Below, in pieces: positions 20,963-31,773 of a stretch of 64,000 bases of DNA (the first letter of the stretch is position 1; the number at the start of each line of letters is the position of its first letter). Under the pieces are notes generated by a model. That model searched no databases, had not been told where the DNA came from, and saw only the letters and a list, made by a program, of their open reading frames with translations. This DNA comes from Leptolyngbyaceae cyanobacterium (GTDB lineage: Bacteria > Cyanobacteriota > Cyanobacteriia > Phormidesmidales > Phormidesmidaceae): assembly GCA_965263355.1 (NCBI GenBank), contig CBDHHL010000048.1:128001-192000 (forward strand), in the 5' to 3' direction. Both the position numbers and the translations under genes were made by a program.

Positions 20963-21675
20963 GCGTCATCTAGTTCAATCCCTTGAGCTTTAAGTTTTGC
21001 CTTGAGTGCCTTTAGTTCTGCCTCTGCTTGATCTGCCCGCTGAGCTTCCTGATCTGCCCGCTGGGCTTCCTGATCTGCCCGCTGGGCCTCCTGATCCGCC
21101 CGTTCTCTTTGTTCATCAGGAATTAAAAGTTTTTGACCTGTTTCTAGCTCATAGAAATCAATGAGAGTATTGGCGACTTCTAACCTAAGGCTTAGCATCT
21201 GACTGATGCCGTCATTGATAGGTTTATAGTTATCGTTCTCCATGCGGTATCCACGTAGCTGCTCGGTAATCCATTCACCTTTGGGATCAAATTGCCAATA
21301 CTCAAGCACTCCCATGGATTCGTAAAGGTCATATTTGCTGATTTCATCCTTTTGACGGGTTCCTTTGGAGGTCATTTCAAAAATGACGGCTGGCACTGAG
21401 CCCTCTTGCCAAACTTTATAACTGTCTCGTCCACCTGGTTCTACATCAAAAATCACCATCACATCGGGAGCAACTCGCATGTTTGGAAGTCCCTGGGCGT
21501 AGTACAGGAACTGATTAGCTAAAACCGTTGCTCGTTGACCCTTTAGGTATTGTCGTAACACTTCCAACGTAATCAGCAGAGCGTACAAATGGTCAAAGGT
21601 TTCTGCCACAGGGGTGCCGTCTCCGGTGGGGTAGATAATCTGAGAGTTTTGAGTGTTCGGAACAGTTGCTGTCAT
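20959..21675 (-). CDS. Uma2 family (PD-(D/E)XK) endonuclease
   Basis: YPTGDGTPVAET, VAPDV, FEMTS, YESMGVLEYWQFDP; coiled-coil tail. Confidence 0.93.
   Translation of the reverse strand: MTATVPNTQNSQIIYPTGDGTPVAETFDHLYALLITLEVLRQYLKGQRATVLANQFLYYAQGLPNMRVAPDVMVIFDVEPGGRDSYKVWQEGSVPAVIFEMTSKGTRQKDEISKYDLYESMGVLEYWQFDPKGEWITEQLRGYRMENDNYKPINDGISQMLSLRLEVANTLIDFYELETGQKLLIPDEQRERADQEAQRADQEAQRADQEAQRADQAEAELKALKAKLKAQGIELDDA
21029..21102. repeat. 21-bp tandem repeat (~3.5 copies) encoding RADQEAQ in the Uma2 tail
   Basis: TGATCTGCCCGCTG(A/G)GC(T/C)TCC three times plus a partial copy. Confidence 0.9.
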
Positions 21676-21735
21676 GGCCTTATTCCAATCTCAGGTTAGA
21701 GTTCATTTGTACTTATTCTAGCACTGGGGTGATGT

Positions 21736-22350
21736 TTAGACCTGTAACACGCCTTTAGAGCTGGGGATAGCATGGGCTCGGCGGGGGTCAATCTCGGTAG
21801 CCATGCGCATGGCTCGGGCAAAAGCTTTAAAGGTGGCTTCGATGATGTGGTGAGAGTTGATGCCATCGAGTTGGCGAATATGAAGAGTCATGAGGCTGTG
21901 GTGGACAACGGCCATGAAGAATTCGCGCACCAACTGGGTGTCATAGGTGCCAACGCGCTGGGTGGGGATATCGAGGCCGTAAGCCAGATAGGGCCGACCA
22001 GAAAAGTCGAGGGATACTTGGATCAGGGATTCGTCGAGGGGAGCGACGAAATGGCCAAAGCGAACAATGCCTTTGCGGTTGCCGAGGGCCTCGTGCAGAG
22101 CCATACCAAGGGTGATACCAACGTCTTCATTGGTGTGATGGTCATCGATTTCAAGATCGCCTTTGGCCTGAATATCGATGTCAAACAGGCCGTGGGAGGC
22201 GATTTGGTTGAGCATATGGTCGAGGAAGGGGATGCCGGTGTTGGCATTGCACTGACCAGTGCCGTCAACGTTGAGGGTAACGGCGACATCGGTTTCTTTG
22301 GTGGTGCGGGTAACGGTTGCAGTACGGGTAGGGAATTCGGGATTTTGCAT
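21736..22350 (-). CDS. hisB: Imidazoleglycerol-phosphate dehydratase
   Basis: [43 protein letters not shown]. Confidence 0.98.
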   Translation of the reverse strand: MQNPEFPTRTATVTRTTKETDVAVTLNVDGTGQCNANTGIPFLDHMLNQIASHGLFDIDIQAKGDLEIDDHHTNEDVGITLGMALHEALGNRKGIVRFGHFVAPLDESLIQVSLDFSGRPYLAYGLDIPTQRVGTYDTQLVREFFMAVVHHSLMTLHIRQLDGINSHHIIEATFKAFARAMRMATEIDPRRAHAIPSSKGVLQV

Positions 22351-22407
22351 GATTTTTAGGTTTGTAGGGGCAGACCTTGTGGTTATTGACCAATGCCTAT
22401 TACCTAG

Positions 22408-23502
22408 CTAAAACATCTTCTCCAGAACGCTGCGAATAACATCGTCGGTGACCTGGTCGGTGATAAAAGCTTCGCCAATGCGTTTGGGTAGAACGAAGCG
22501 TACTTTGCCAGATTTGACTTTTTTATCGCTGCGCAGAGTGGTAAGGATGTCGTCAATGTTAAGGTTCTTGGGGAGTTTAGTGGGCAGGTTTGCTTTTTGG
22601 ATGATGGCAAGTTGCCGGTCGGTGGCGGTTTGGGACCAGAGGTCGAGGGTAGTTGCGATCGCACCTGCCGCTACCATACCTATACCCACAGCTTCGCCAT
22701 GGTTCACAGACTTATAGCCAGTTAAACTTTCAATCGCATGGCCAACGGTATGACCATAGTTGAGAATAGCCCGCAGCCCTGCTTCCTTCTCGTCTTGACT
22801 AACTACATCGGCCTTAGCCTGACATGAGTGCTTGAGAATATCGTGGAGCAGTTCCTCACCGACATAGCGCATCTGGTCAAGGCGTTTAGCCTGCTCCAAC
22901 TGGTCAAACAATGCTTCATTCCAAATAATGCCGTATTTGATCACTTCGGCCATACCAGCGCGAAATTCACGACCTGGGAGTGTAGCCAGGACATTAGGAT
23001 CAATTAGCACAAGACTGGGCTGATGAAATGCACCGATTAGATTTTTACCCTGGGGATGATTCACCCCCGTTTTCCCCCCCATGGAGGCATCGACCATAGC
23101 CAGTAATGAGGTAGGTACTTGGACAACAGCAATACCTCGGAGCCAGGTAGCGGCAGCAAAGCCAGTCATATCACCAATTACCCCGCCGCCCAAAGCAACC
23201 ATCGTGGAACTACGTTCTAGATGATTTTCAAAGGCAATATTATGAATTTTCTCGATAGAGCGTAAGGTTTTATAGCGTTCACCGGCAGGCAAAATACACT
23301 GACAGACTTCAAAACCAGCACCAGTTAACGATTTTAAGGCTATCTCACCATAGTGCTTGCAAATAATGGGATTGGAAACTAGCAGAACCTTACCTTGTTT
23401 ACCAATAGCTGAAAGCCAAGGACCTAAATACTGCAGCCCGTCAGAAGCAATTTTGATATCATATTGAGTTTGCGGTAGCTCGACGGGGATAACGGTCTTC
23501 AT
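22408..23502 (-). CDS. aroB: 3-dehydroquinate synthase
   Basis: [54 protein letters not shown]. Confidence 0.98.
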   Translation of the reverse strand: MKTVIPVELPQTQYDIKIASDGLQYLGPWLSAIGKQGKVLLVSNPIICKHYGEIALKSLTGAGFEVCQCILPAGERYKTLRSIEKIHNIAFENHLERSSTMVALGGGVIGDMTGFAAATWLRGIAVVQVPTSLLAMVDASMGGKTGVNHPQGKNLIGAFHQPSLVLIDPNVLATLPGREFRAGMAEVIKYGIIWNEALFDQLEQAKRLDQMRYVGEELLHDILKHSCQAKADVVSQDEKEAGLRAILNYGHTVGHAIESLTGYKSVNHGEAVGIGMVAAGAIATTLDLWSQTATDRQLAIIQKANLPTKLPKNLNIDDILTTLRSDKKVKSGKVRFVLPKRIGEAFITDQVTDDVIRSVLEKMF

Positions 23503-23531
23503 TGCAGTGCAGTGCAGTGTACTCACTTATC

Positions 23532-23984
23532 CTATTCCGGATTAAACACCTGGAAAATTTGCCGACAGCAAAGTTTAATTTTTTCTCCAGCGTTTGCCTG
23601 AGGTGGTGCCACCCCTTCAAACTGCCAGTTGTTAATCGTAGAGAGATGCCATTGTTGCCCCAGATGATTAAATCCAACGACATCCACACCAATTGCTTTC
23701 ACCACATTCGCCACTGTATCGGCAGCACCTTGGGTGACATCGTCTGTAACTGCATGGAGACGAATCTGGACTAATAAACTGCGACAGTTAAATGAACGGC
23801 TAAAACCAGGAAAATGAAAACCGATATCAATGGAGTCAGGATCAACCAGTTCTCTGGTGCCGGGATCATTAGCCCAAGGCTTCAGGTCAGAGCGTAAGTC
23901 GGGAAGTTGCCCCTTGAAAGCACCAACAATAGCGGCTATTTTGCTTGCATATTCGATACTACGAGCTTGTTCTGCTGCGTTCAC
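23532..23984 (-). CDS. Conserved cyanobacterial hypothetical protein
   Basis: NAAEQA...DLKPWANDP..RELVDPDSIDIGFHFPG; start placed at GTG 23984. Confidence 0.8.
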   Translation of the reverse strand: MNAAEQARSIEYASKIAAIVGAFKGQLPDLRSDLKPWANDPGTRELVDPDSIDIGFHFPGFSRSFNCRSLLVQIRLHAVTDDVTQGAADTVANVVKAIGVDVVGFNHLGQQWHLSTINNWQFEGVAPPQANAGEKIKLCCRQIFQVFNPE

Positions 23985-24024
23985 GCCTACCAGAAGAATA
24001 TAAAAATTTTCACTTACCAAGATA

Positions 24025-24059
24025 AAACAATGCCTTAGTAAATAACCAAGGCATTGTTT
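24025..24059. other. Inverted repeat / stem-loop
   Basis: AAACAATGCCTT...AAGGCATTGTTT. Confidence 0.6.
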
Positions 24060-24155
24060 ACTTATCTACCGGATAGTTAGCAAATATTACTAAGGAAAAT
24101 AAATTAGCTAGCGATCAGAAACTGTAGCTGATGAAACGAATAGCGCACCCCCCAT

Positions 24156-24734
24156 CTAGATTGTCTGACCATAATGGGTCTGGCAGGTGCTCAGCATACG
24201 CAGATCGTTATCACTAACAGTATCAATTTGGTGGAACCCTGCAATAGCAAATTGCCTTCCCCCTGGCCCAGCAACAGCTGTATGCTCAAGAGAAAGGGCG
24301 TAAGCGTATTCTTCCTGGGAATAGGTTTCGGTAATAGCTAGAGAAAGCTGCGTATTTTCCACATTTCCTTGAAAACAGTCAAAGGAAGAGTAGGGAGCAT
24401 AGAACGCACCCACCACTTGACCAGCCCGAGCTTCAAAAATCATGTACGCAGTTTGCAGCTGATCAGGCAAAGGCTTTTCACCAAAAAGATAAATGCCATT
24501 ATTGACAGGGACTGCAACAGGCGGCTCAGCTTGAGCTAGCAAAGGATGAATGACAGCAGTTTCAGGTTCCAGGGAGGACTGTAATATCATTCTGGCACTG
24601 GCAGTATTGGCAGCTAGCAATGTCACAGCCCCCATCAGCAAAGCGCCTACACGCAGGACATGTTTAGATACTTGTGTTTGAATACGCTGACGATAAATAT
24701 AATGTTGAATAACTGCTAAAACTTGCATAAACAC
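24156..24734 (-). CDS. Hypothetical exported protein
   Basis: Signal-like segment, then NGIYLFGE..PDQL..YMIFE...VVGAFY..SSFDCFQG seen in cyanobacterial hypotheticals. Confidence 0.75.
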   Translation of the reverse strand: MFMQVLAVIQHYIYRQRIQTQVSKHVLRVGALLMGAVTLLAANTASARMILQSSLEPETAVIHPLLAQAEPPVAVPVNNGIYLFGEKPLPDQLQTAYMIFEARAGQVVGAFYAPYSSFDCFQGNVENTQLSLAITETYSQEEYAYALSLEHTAVAGPGGRQFAIAGFHQIDTVSDNDLRMLSTCQTHYGQTI

Positions 24735-25121
24735 CGCGCCTCACTGCATTTACCGAACACCGCTCACGAATGACTAGCTGCAATCAAAAGGGAACTGTAT
24801 CTTTTACTGTAGGTGAGATTTCTACCTATTCACCTGATTAGGATTGTTCCTTTAATATCTCTTTAACGATTGCATTCCCCCAGTTAGCTCGCTAATCGCT
24901 ATGATTCCCTACAACTACAGGGCTTTTGATTCCGTATAGGAGGGTTTCATAACTGGCATAGAAGCTCTGTTGGCCAGGTTATCAAGAACAATTTGCACAA
25001 TTCTTTGGATGTACTGCCGCCATCTAACGTTGGAACGATGTAGGCTAAAGAGATAACTGGCTAGTTAGGCACCCAGTCATTGGATATCCTATATCACTGA
25101 GCAGGAGTCAAACGTTCATCT

Positions 25122-26282
25122 ATGCCGTTCATTGAAGTGCCGCTAAAGCTACTGCTGTTCATCGATAAGCGGCCAAGTTCTGCTGAGCAAGTTCGTCAGA
25201 TTCGTCAGCATGTTGACGGCTTAGAAAGTAACATTGCTCCAGTTTTAGAGGTGATTGATGTTAGCGAACAGCCTTATCTGGCCGAACACTTTAAGCTTGT
25301 AGTCACCCCAACATTAATCAAAATTTCAGCCGTAGGCCGCCAAACTCTAACCGGTAGTGACATTATTTCTCAAATTGACTACTGGTGGTCCCGCTGGCAA
25401 GCAGAAGTTGACAATGAGCACAATGACCCCAATGAAAGGCTTTTGGACAATATGTCCATTGCTCAATCAACAGAAATCATTCATTTATCGGACGAAATTT
25501 TTCAGCTAAAGCAACTCAATGCTGAAGCGAACGCTAAGCTAGACTTCAAGGATCGCATCATTGCTATGCTGGCCCATGATCTACGTAATCCATTGACAGC
25601 AGCTTCCATAGCTATTGAAACATTAGAAATGGGGTATGACCCTAATCATGAAAAACATGGACGGTTTCGACCTGAGCTAACAGTACAGCTGTTACGCAAT
25701 GCAAAGGCTCAGATCCGAGCAATTGATCGAATGATTACGGATATTTTGCAGGCAGCCCATGGTCCCAGCATTGATCTACATATTTTCCCAAAAGAATTAA
25801 ACCTGCAGGATTTATGTCAGGAAGTCGTGGACTCTATGCTCACCAAAATTAAAAACAAGCAGCAAACCATTCGTCTCGATATTCCTCAAGATTTACCCCA
25901 CGTACATGCTGATATCAATCAAGTGCGGCGTGTGATTGTAAACCTTTTGGACAATGCCGTAAAATATACGCCTGAGGATGGAGAAGTGGTGATTACGGCC
26001 CTCCATCGGACTACCCAAAAGGTACAAGTCAGTATTCAGGATACGGGGCCTGGCATCCCTGCAGATAAACGAGCTCGGATTTTTGAGGAGAGTTTTCGCC
26101 TACAACGGGACCAATCTCAGGATGGCTATGGTCTTGGATTAGCACTATGTCTGAGAATTGTCAGGTCCCACTATGGCCAAATTTGGGTAGATTCGGCACC
26201 CCAGCAAGGTAGTACATTTCACTTTACATTGCCAGTCTACAAGCAGGCTAGTAATCAGCAACCGTCGTTAAATGATGAGTAG
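25122..26282 (+). CDS. sasA: Circadian output histidine kinase SasA
   Basis: N-terminal KaiB-like domain (LEVIDVSEQPYLAEHFKLVVTPTLIK), H-box AHDLRNPL, and N, G1, G2 boxes. Confidence 0.95.
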   Translation: MPFIEVPLKLLLFIDKRPSSAEQVRQIRQHVDGLESNIAPVLEVIDVSEQPYLAEHFKLVVTPTLIKISAVGRQTLTGSDIISQIDYWWSRWQAEVDNEHNDPNERLLDNMSIAQSTEIIHLSDEIFQLKQLNAEANAKLDFKDRIIAMLAHDLRNPLTAASIAIETLEMGYDPNHEKHGRFRPELTVQLLRNAKAQIRAIDRMITDILQAAHGPSIDLHIFPKELNLQDLCQEVVDSMLTKIKNKQQTIRLDIPQDLPHVHADINQVRRVIVNLLDNAVKYTPEDGEVVITALHRTTQKVQVSIQDTGPGIPADKRARIFEESFRLQRDQSQDGYGLGLALCLRIVRSHYGQIWVDSAPQQGSTFHFTLPVYKQASNQQPSLNDE

Positions 26283-26284
26283 CC

Positions 26285-26953
26285 TTAAACATCGGGTAGT
26301 TTTAGACGAGCTTTGAGAGCAGCTAACTCGATATCGACTGGATTGCCTCCTGACTCTAATGCTGAAAATTTTTGGTCTAATGAATCTTGGCTGAGTTGGT
26401 TGATTTCAGCGGCAGCGGCAGCGTTAGCTTCCATATCTAAAATTTTGTCTTCAATTTGGTCAAACGCTCCACCATTGACTTGGGTGATCATTTCGTGTAG
26501 CTTCTGCGTAGCTTTTGCTGAACGTGCCCGAGCAATGTACATGTCTTTGCGGGTACGTGCCTGAGCAATTTTGCTCTCTAAAGCACGCATATTGGTTTTC
26601 AGCTGTTGGACGCTGGTTTTCTGCTGTTGCAACTGACCTTCTAGAGCTTGGGCGGTTTCTAAATAAGTTTGGCGACGGTTCAATGCTTCACGGGCTAGAG
26701 GCTCATTCCCTTTTGCAAGAGCACTTTGGGCTCGATTATAAAACTCCCGAGCCTGGGTATGGGCTTGGTCATACTGGCGTTCACTTCTTTTTTGAGTTGC
26801 GATCGCAACCGCCACAGCTTGTCTTAGTTGCAACAAATTTTCCTGCATATCTGCAGTTGCTTGCTCTAGTAGCTTCTCTGGATCTTCAGCCCCATTGAGG
26901 GCACCGTTGAGACTGGTACGCACCACCCGAAAGAAACGATCTAGCAATCCCAT
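26285..26953 (-). CDS. PspA/IM30 family protein
   Basis: MGLLDRF...AEDPEKLLEQ, LAREAL, IARARSAKA; start at ATG 26953; no Vipp1 C-terminal extension. Confidence 0.92.
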   Translation of the reverse strand: MGLLDRFFRVVRTSLNGALNGAEDPEKLLEQATADMQENLLQLRQAVAVAIATQKRSERQYDQAHTQAREFYNRAQSALAKGNEPLAREALNRRQTYLETAQALEGQLQQQKTSVQQLKTNMRALESKIAQARTRKDMYIARARSAKATQKLHEMITQVNGGAFDQIEDKILDMEANAAAAAEINQLSQDSLDQKFSALESGGNPVDIELAALKARLKLPDV

Positions 26954-27026
26954 AGATAGTTTTTTGTGCCTGAAAAGCAACAAGCTAAAACAGCAATAGC
27001 TGTTACCTCTAGCATAGCAGGCACAA

Positions 27027-28403
27027 CTATTCGTTCGTAGGGCCAAAGAGTTCTACAGCGATTCCTTGTTGGGTTAAAAGCGCCACCTGGTCCTCAGCTT
27101 GAGAACGATTATCAAAGGCCGCCAATTGAATCCGCACTCCAGCTTCAAAGTTACGCACAAACGCATCAGGAACAAATTCACGGGCCTTGCTCAAAGAAGC
27201 ATCACCAGTATAGCTAGCAAGGATATAGTAATTAGATCCTGTTGCTACGGTAGATGAGGGGCTGACGGTCGTTGACGATGTGTCGTCAGCCGCTGCCGGG
27301 GCTTTAGACACAGTTGTTGTGGCAGCTTCTGAGGAGACTGCAGGCACTGACTGGCCGCCACCATCACTTACGGCTGGCACTTCAGTCGTAAGTGATGGCT
27401 GCTGCTGAACATTAGTAGGAGCCGTTGGGGTCGGCAGCGGTGACTGCGCCGGATTAGGTAACGTAGAAGGAATGGGAGTAGCAACCCCAGTTCCATTAGG
27501 CTGCTCTATTTCCAAGGTCACCAAATCCTTCACATTATCCAATTCTTTAAATTCCTGGGTGGAAAGATCGGGACCTGGAGGCTTATACCCCTCAGATGTC
27601 ACATCGGAAGCGCCCCCATCGGATGGCGTATCAGGCACCTCAGACAACGTCTCACTCCCTTCAGCAATGGCTTCGGAATTAGTCTCAGAGCCAGCCAGTT
27701 CAGGCTCACCAGCAGGCCATAATCGCTCTCGTAGATTTTGCAACTGAGCTGGGTAGGTAATGGCAAATCCGACGGCAATTCCACCCAGTAAAACTAAGAC
27801 CAGACCCGCCAGCTTTAGCAAACCATTATTCTTACGATTGGGGGAATAAGGTGCAGGCACTGAAGCTGGTTCAAGCTGCTCCTCCTCGATACTTTTTAGT
27901 AATTCCTCTGACGATTCTAAATAGCCTTCGGCCTCTGTCTGGAGTTGCACCAACAAGGCGGCATCCTCTAGCTCAGGGTTCGTCTGATTGAGTTCACCGT
28001 CTAGCCCAGAATCCTCCATGTTTAGGCCAAGCTCACCCACATCGGCGACCTGACCCATATCAGGTAAATCTATCTTCTCTTCTAGTGTAGAGGCCTTATT
28101 TAAGAAAGGATTGGGAGGTAGAGGTGGGGGGGAAGGGGGCTGACTAGCAGACTCTGTGCCAGCATCACTCGGCGCTGATGCTGGCACAGAAATCAAGTCA
28201 AGCGTCTGACGCTGAGCTGTCCGTCGGGGCGGCGGCGGCGGCGGGATCCGACCATGACGCTGACGTCGATAGCGGGTTAGTTCGTCCTCAAGATTGACAT
28301 TAAGATTTCGCAAAACACTTTCCAGTTGCGGAGCAATCTCAGTTCCTGACTCTGAACCGAGTCGAGGTGGAATTGAAGCAAAAAAGTTGTCTGAGGAAGC
28401 CAT
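27027..28403 (-). CDS. Single-pass membrane protein with Pro-rich linkers and C-terminal SPOR-like domain
   Basis: LEDELTRYRRQR N-terminus, one TM, VPDAFVRNFEAGVRIQLAAF. Confidence 0.75.
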   Translation of the reverse strand: MASSDNFFASIPPRLGSESGTEIAPQLESVLRNLNVNLEDELTRYRRQRHGRIPPPPPPRRTAQRQTLDLISVPASAPSDAGTESASQPPSPPPLPPNPFLNKASTLEEKIDLPDMGQVADVGELGLNMEDSGLDGELNQTNPELEDAALLVQLQTEAEGYLESSEELLKSIEEEQLEPASVPAPYSPNRKNNGLLKLAGLVLVLLGGIAVGFAITYPAQLQNLRERLWPAGEPELAGSETNSEAIAEGSETLSEVPDTPSDGGASDVTSEGYKPPGPDLSTQEFKELDNVKDLVTLEIEQPNGTGVATPIPSTLPNPAQSPLPTPTAPTNVQQQPSLTTEVPAVSDGGGQSVPAVSSEAATTTVSKAPAAADDTSSTTVSPSSTVATGSNYYILASYTGDASLSKAREFVPDAFVRNFEAGVRIQLAAFDNRSQAEDQVALLTQQGIAVELFGPTNE

Positions 28404-28561
28404 GGAACGCAGCTAAAATGTAAGAGGCAAGTACGGCAATGAGCACTCCCTGATAGACCATACGTTAGCACGTTAATTGAGAGACGTTACAAACAAGGTC
28501 TCTAGAATGCTCAAATGGCTAGTTTTTAAGTTTTTTAAGCGCTTTTAAAAGAGAGACAGGC

Positions 28562-29116
28562 ATGGGATTTTCTGGGTTGCGATCGCTGATTACCGATATT
28601 GAGACCCATCCTAGCTGGCAAGTCCGACGACAATTTGCTCAAGTTAACGAATATTGGCCCAAGGCCGTGGGATATGCCGTAGCCCAACAGACTAAGCCTG
28701 CCAGCATTCAACGCCATATCCTTTACGTTACCGTTGCGAATGCTTCTTGGGCTCAAACCCTAACCTTGGAACGTCGACGCATTCTTCATAACCTCAATCG
28801 CCTGCTCCCCCATCCTCTAGATGACATTCGCTTTTCAAGCGCACAATGGCACACTAAGCCTGTTCGCAGGCCACAACCTGCCAGCGATTGCATCAAAGCT
28901 CATCCAAGCTACATTGGAGAAACAGACGATACACACCCCCCTAACCAAACTGCAAAACAAACGCCAGAAGAGGCATTTGCCCGGTGGGCAACCCTAAAGA
29001 AAAAACAACAAATGCTTCAAGAAATTTGTCCAGAGTGCCAATGCTCATGCCCTCCTGGAGAAATAGCTAGATGGACAATGTGCGCTCTGTGCATTACCAA
29101 AACCTGGCAACAATAA
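28562..29116 (+). CDS. DUF721/DciA family protein with C-terminal Zn ribbon
   Basis: WPKAVG..VAQQTKP...LYVTVANASWAQTL, CPEC...CALC. Confidence 0.88.
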   Translation: MGFSGLRSLITDIETHPSWQVRRQFAQVNEYWPKAVGYAVAQQTKPASIQRHILYVTVANASWAQTLTLERRRILHNLNRLLPHPLDDIRFSSAQWHTKPVRRPQPASDCIKAHPSYIGETDDTHPPNQTAKQTPEEAFARWATLKKKQQMLQEICPECQCSCPPGEIARWTMCALCITKTWQQ

Positions 29117-29440
29117 GATTTAACAACAAAAATTAAACTTTAAACTTATTTATGGTTACAACGGCTGTTTTTTGATTATTTTAACCGCTGTATTGTCATC
29201 TACCTTAAATTGAACTGCTTGGGGATCGCTTATCAATAGATGATCCCAGCCACTCTAAAGAAGATTGATTTATTTAAATGAAATATAAAGAAAACCTTAA
29301 TGGAAAGGGCTTATGTAAAATTAATGGCGAGCTTGGTGTATCAACCTTTTAACATTTTTAGAATGTCAGATTTTTGACGACAACTACTCCACAATGACGA
29401 TAGTAAAGGCTTTTAATGAATTTCTCAGTTATTACTTTTC

Positions 29441-29728
29441 ATGAGTATTAAAAAAGGTGAAATTGCCAGATGCGGTGCCTGCCGTTTTTATACGCCGACC
29501 GGTCGTCGTGGGGGGGAATGTTCACAGCTTGGAGTACCTGTTCAATCGGCTTGGAAAACTTGTTGCTTGGCAGAATCACCGTTTCAAAAATCAACTAAAG
29601 TAAGCAATTCAGACATAGAGCTAGCCAAGGTAGCTACAGACAAAATCATAGCTTCAGAACCGTTACCCATGCCATCGGGTCGGTTGGGCTCTCTAGAAAA
29701 GTCATTGGCCACTAAGCTTTCTCAATAG
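29441..29728 (+). CDS. Small Cys-rich hypothetical protein
   Basis: CGACRFYTPTGRRGGECSQLGVPVQSAWKTCC, a probable metal-binding pattern. Confidence 0.75.
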   Translation: MSIKKGEIARCGACRFYTPTGRRGGECSQLGVPVQSAWKTCCLAESPFQKSTKVSNSDIELAKVATDKIIASEPLPMPSGRLGSLEKSLATKLSQ

Positions 29729-29789
29729 CACCTTAAACTGGTCGCATGGGATAGTTGGTTGAAACCAACATTAGCATCACAACTGAGGA

Positions 29790-29835
29790 CACTAAAAGTA
29801 ACAATGGCTATAGTTTACCACCGTTACTTTTAGTG
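29790..29835. other. Inverted repeat between convergent genes (possible bidirectional terminator)
   Basis: CACTAAAAGTAAC...GTTACTTTTAGTG. Confidence 0.65.
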
Positions 29836-29913
29836 TGATTTCAGTTTTATTTAGAAGACTCTATGGCATTTATCAAGATTAGTAAATCTGCCGACTACCA
29901 TGCCATTGGCATT

Positions 29914-30261
29914 CTAGTTTTCTTGATTGCATACTTCCGCAAGAATCTCACCCTGACCTTCTAGCACACTCAAGGCCTGTCTTCTAGCACGTACTAATGT
30001 AGATGCTACCCCCCAAGCCAGGGTGCGGTTATGTTCAGCAATTGTCCCACAGCCACGAAAGGATACGCGAATGGCACAATTAGCATCTCCACAGCTACGT
30101 AGGGCACCCCGCTCAGCGCTGCCAACGGATAAATAATTGGTCGCCACGCCCCAGTCACCAGAACGAGAAATTGCGATCGCACCATATCGCTGTGTTGCCT
30201 GGGCATGGGTTACCAGCAGAGTACTCAGGATCAATAGGCTCAAAAATATAGGCTTTAGCAT
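29914..30261 (-). CDS. Secreted DUF4189-like protein
   Basis: Signal peptide, then YGAIAIS...WG...AERGALRSCG..NC......CGTIA; start at ATG 30261. Confidence 0.8.
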   Translation of the reverse strand: MLKPIFLSLLILSTLLVTHAQATQRYGAIAISRSGDWGVATNYLSVGSAERGALRSCGDANCAIRVSFRGCGTIAEHNRTLAWGVASTLVRARRQALSVLEGQGEILAEVCNQEN

Positions 30262-30325
30262 AGGCTGATAAGGAACAACAAAACGGCGATATAACGTTGA
30301 GTTTTGCACAAACGCCAAATAAGAA

Positions 30326-30355
30326 ACGGCCCCGTAGTCCTCTTTACGGGGCCGT
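30326..30355 (-). terminator. Stem-loop, probable terminator of the 30376-31395 gene
   Basis: ACGGCCCCGTA...TACGGGGCCGT; TTTCTT follows on the minus strand. Confidence 0.65.
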
Positions 30356-30375
30356 CACAGAGCATCCGCCTCTAT

Positions 30376-31395
30376 CTAGGAGAGAGCATCCTTTTGATTA
30401 CTATCCCCCGGTAGCATCGATTTCTCAGTACGGGCGAGAAAATCAGGTACCAGAACTTCGCTAAATCCGGCGATAAATGCGATCGCAAAGTATAAATACT
30501 TGGACTGGGCTTCAGCTTCGCTGGGGTTAAACCCGGATACTACTACCACCTCTGACTGGATAAGGGAAACGGCCAAAAGGCTAAAGGCAGTGCCCACCAC
30601 CGGTTTAAAGAAGCCGATAAAGAAAGGAATCATCGATTGGGAGCGGTTACGGTTTTCTAGCTTTCGCGATCGCAACATCACACTGACGATACTGCCCAAA
30701 CCACCGGCAGCTAATACCAGCTGAATATATTGCCATTCCTGGGATGAAAAAAGTTCTAATTGGGAACCCTGGGTGTCTCCTTCAACGATCGCCGTAGCCC
30801 CAGACGGCTCACCTTCAACCACAAGATCGTCAACCGAGTCTTCCTCTGAGGTTTCTGACGGCTCATCAACCGGCTGAGCATGGTTAATACCATGCTGATA
30901 GCCGATATTATATTGATTCGACAAAAACAGTCGCACAGCAGTGGTACTACCAATTAACAACGAAATGGTAATAGTAAACCAGGTAAGGCCTGAAATCAGC
31001 TGTGCAGCCGGGGACCCTCCAGCACTAAGAACAGCCACCAGAGGATTGCGGTAGATCCGAATCTCACGCGCAATCCGTTTACGAATGTCCCGTGCCAGAG
31101 ATACCCGTTCTGTCATGGACATAGCTGGAGACTGGTGAGCTTTCGGAGCAGCTTCGGTCGGCAACAACAAACTGACCGCCAGTTGCATCATCGGCATTAG
31201 CATCTGATCGTTAGTCAGTTCCAGGTGGGGGACTTGCTCAAGCAATTTGCCCAGCTCGCGATAAGCAGGTTTCGATAGATGCTCAGACGCCAGTCCCTGC
31301 TCAATACGCTCAATGAGTTCTCGCGCATCCTGGCGAATAACAAGATCAATATTATCTATTAGGCCTGATGGTAGACCTATTGTATTTGCAGACAT
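30376..31395 (-). CDS. Membrane protein (about 4 TM), function unknown
   Basis: 339 aa; AGGLGSIVSVM, GFFKPVVG, FAIAFIAGFSE. Confidence 0.8.
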   Translation of the reverse strand: MSANTIGLPSGLIDNIDLVIRQDARELIERIEQGLASEHLSKPAYRELGKLLEQVPHLELTNDQMLMPMMQLAVSLLLPTEAAPKAHQSPAMSMTERVSLARDIRKRIAREIRIYRNPLVAVLSAGGSPAAQLISGLTWFTITISLLIGSTTAVRLFLSNQYNIGYQHGINHAQPVDEPSETSEEDSVDDLVVEGEPSGATAIVEGDTQGSQLELFSSQEWQYIQLVLAAGGLGSIVSVMLRSRKLENRNRSQSMIPFFIGFFKPVVGTAFSLLAVSLIQSEVVVVSGFNPSEAEAQSKYLYFAIAFIAGFSEVLVPDFLARTEKSMLPGDSNQKDALS

Positions 31396-31773
31396 TATAG
31401 TGTGTGCATCCTGAGGGTAACAACGTTAAGAAAAAGTGATTGCCGCTGCGGATATGACACACCTGATTCCGATATAGCAATTTTATAGATAGCACCCAGC
31501 AGCAACATCTAGACCCTAGCCATCTGTTCTTGAAGACAGACGAAAGTAGGACCATTCTTCTGATCGTCACAGGTTGCACTGGCATGGAGTCGTTGTAACC
31601 AGGACAGATTCCCCAAGGTTATGGGGGACAATTTTTAAACCGATCCCTGATCAGGAACAATATGATTCAAATCAAGGAACGTTACGCTAGGAGGATATCA
31701 ACAAAATTTGAGAGCTATCTTACAGTTTTGAGTGATCTGCATCATCATTTTAGCCTCCGAAGAGAGAATTTAG

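Noticed and set aside
21772..22359. 195-aa plus-strand ORF
   Set aside because: Exact antisense shadow of hisB; no recognisable motifs
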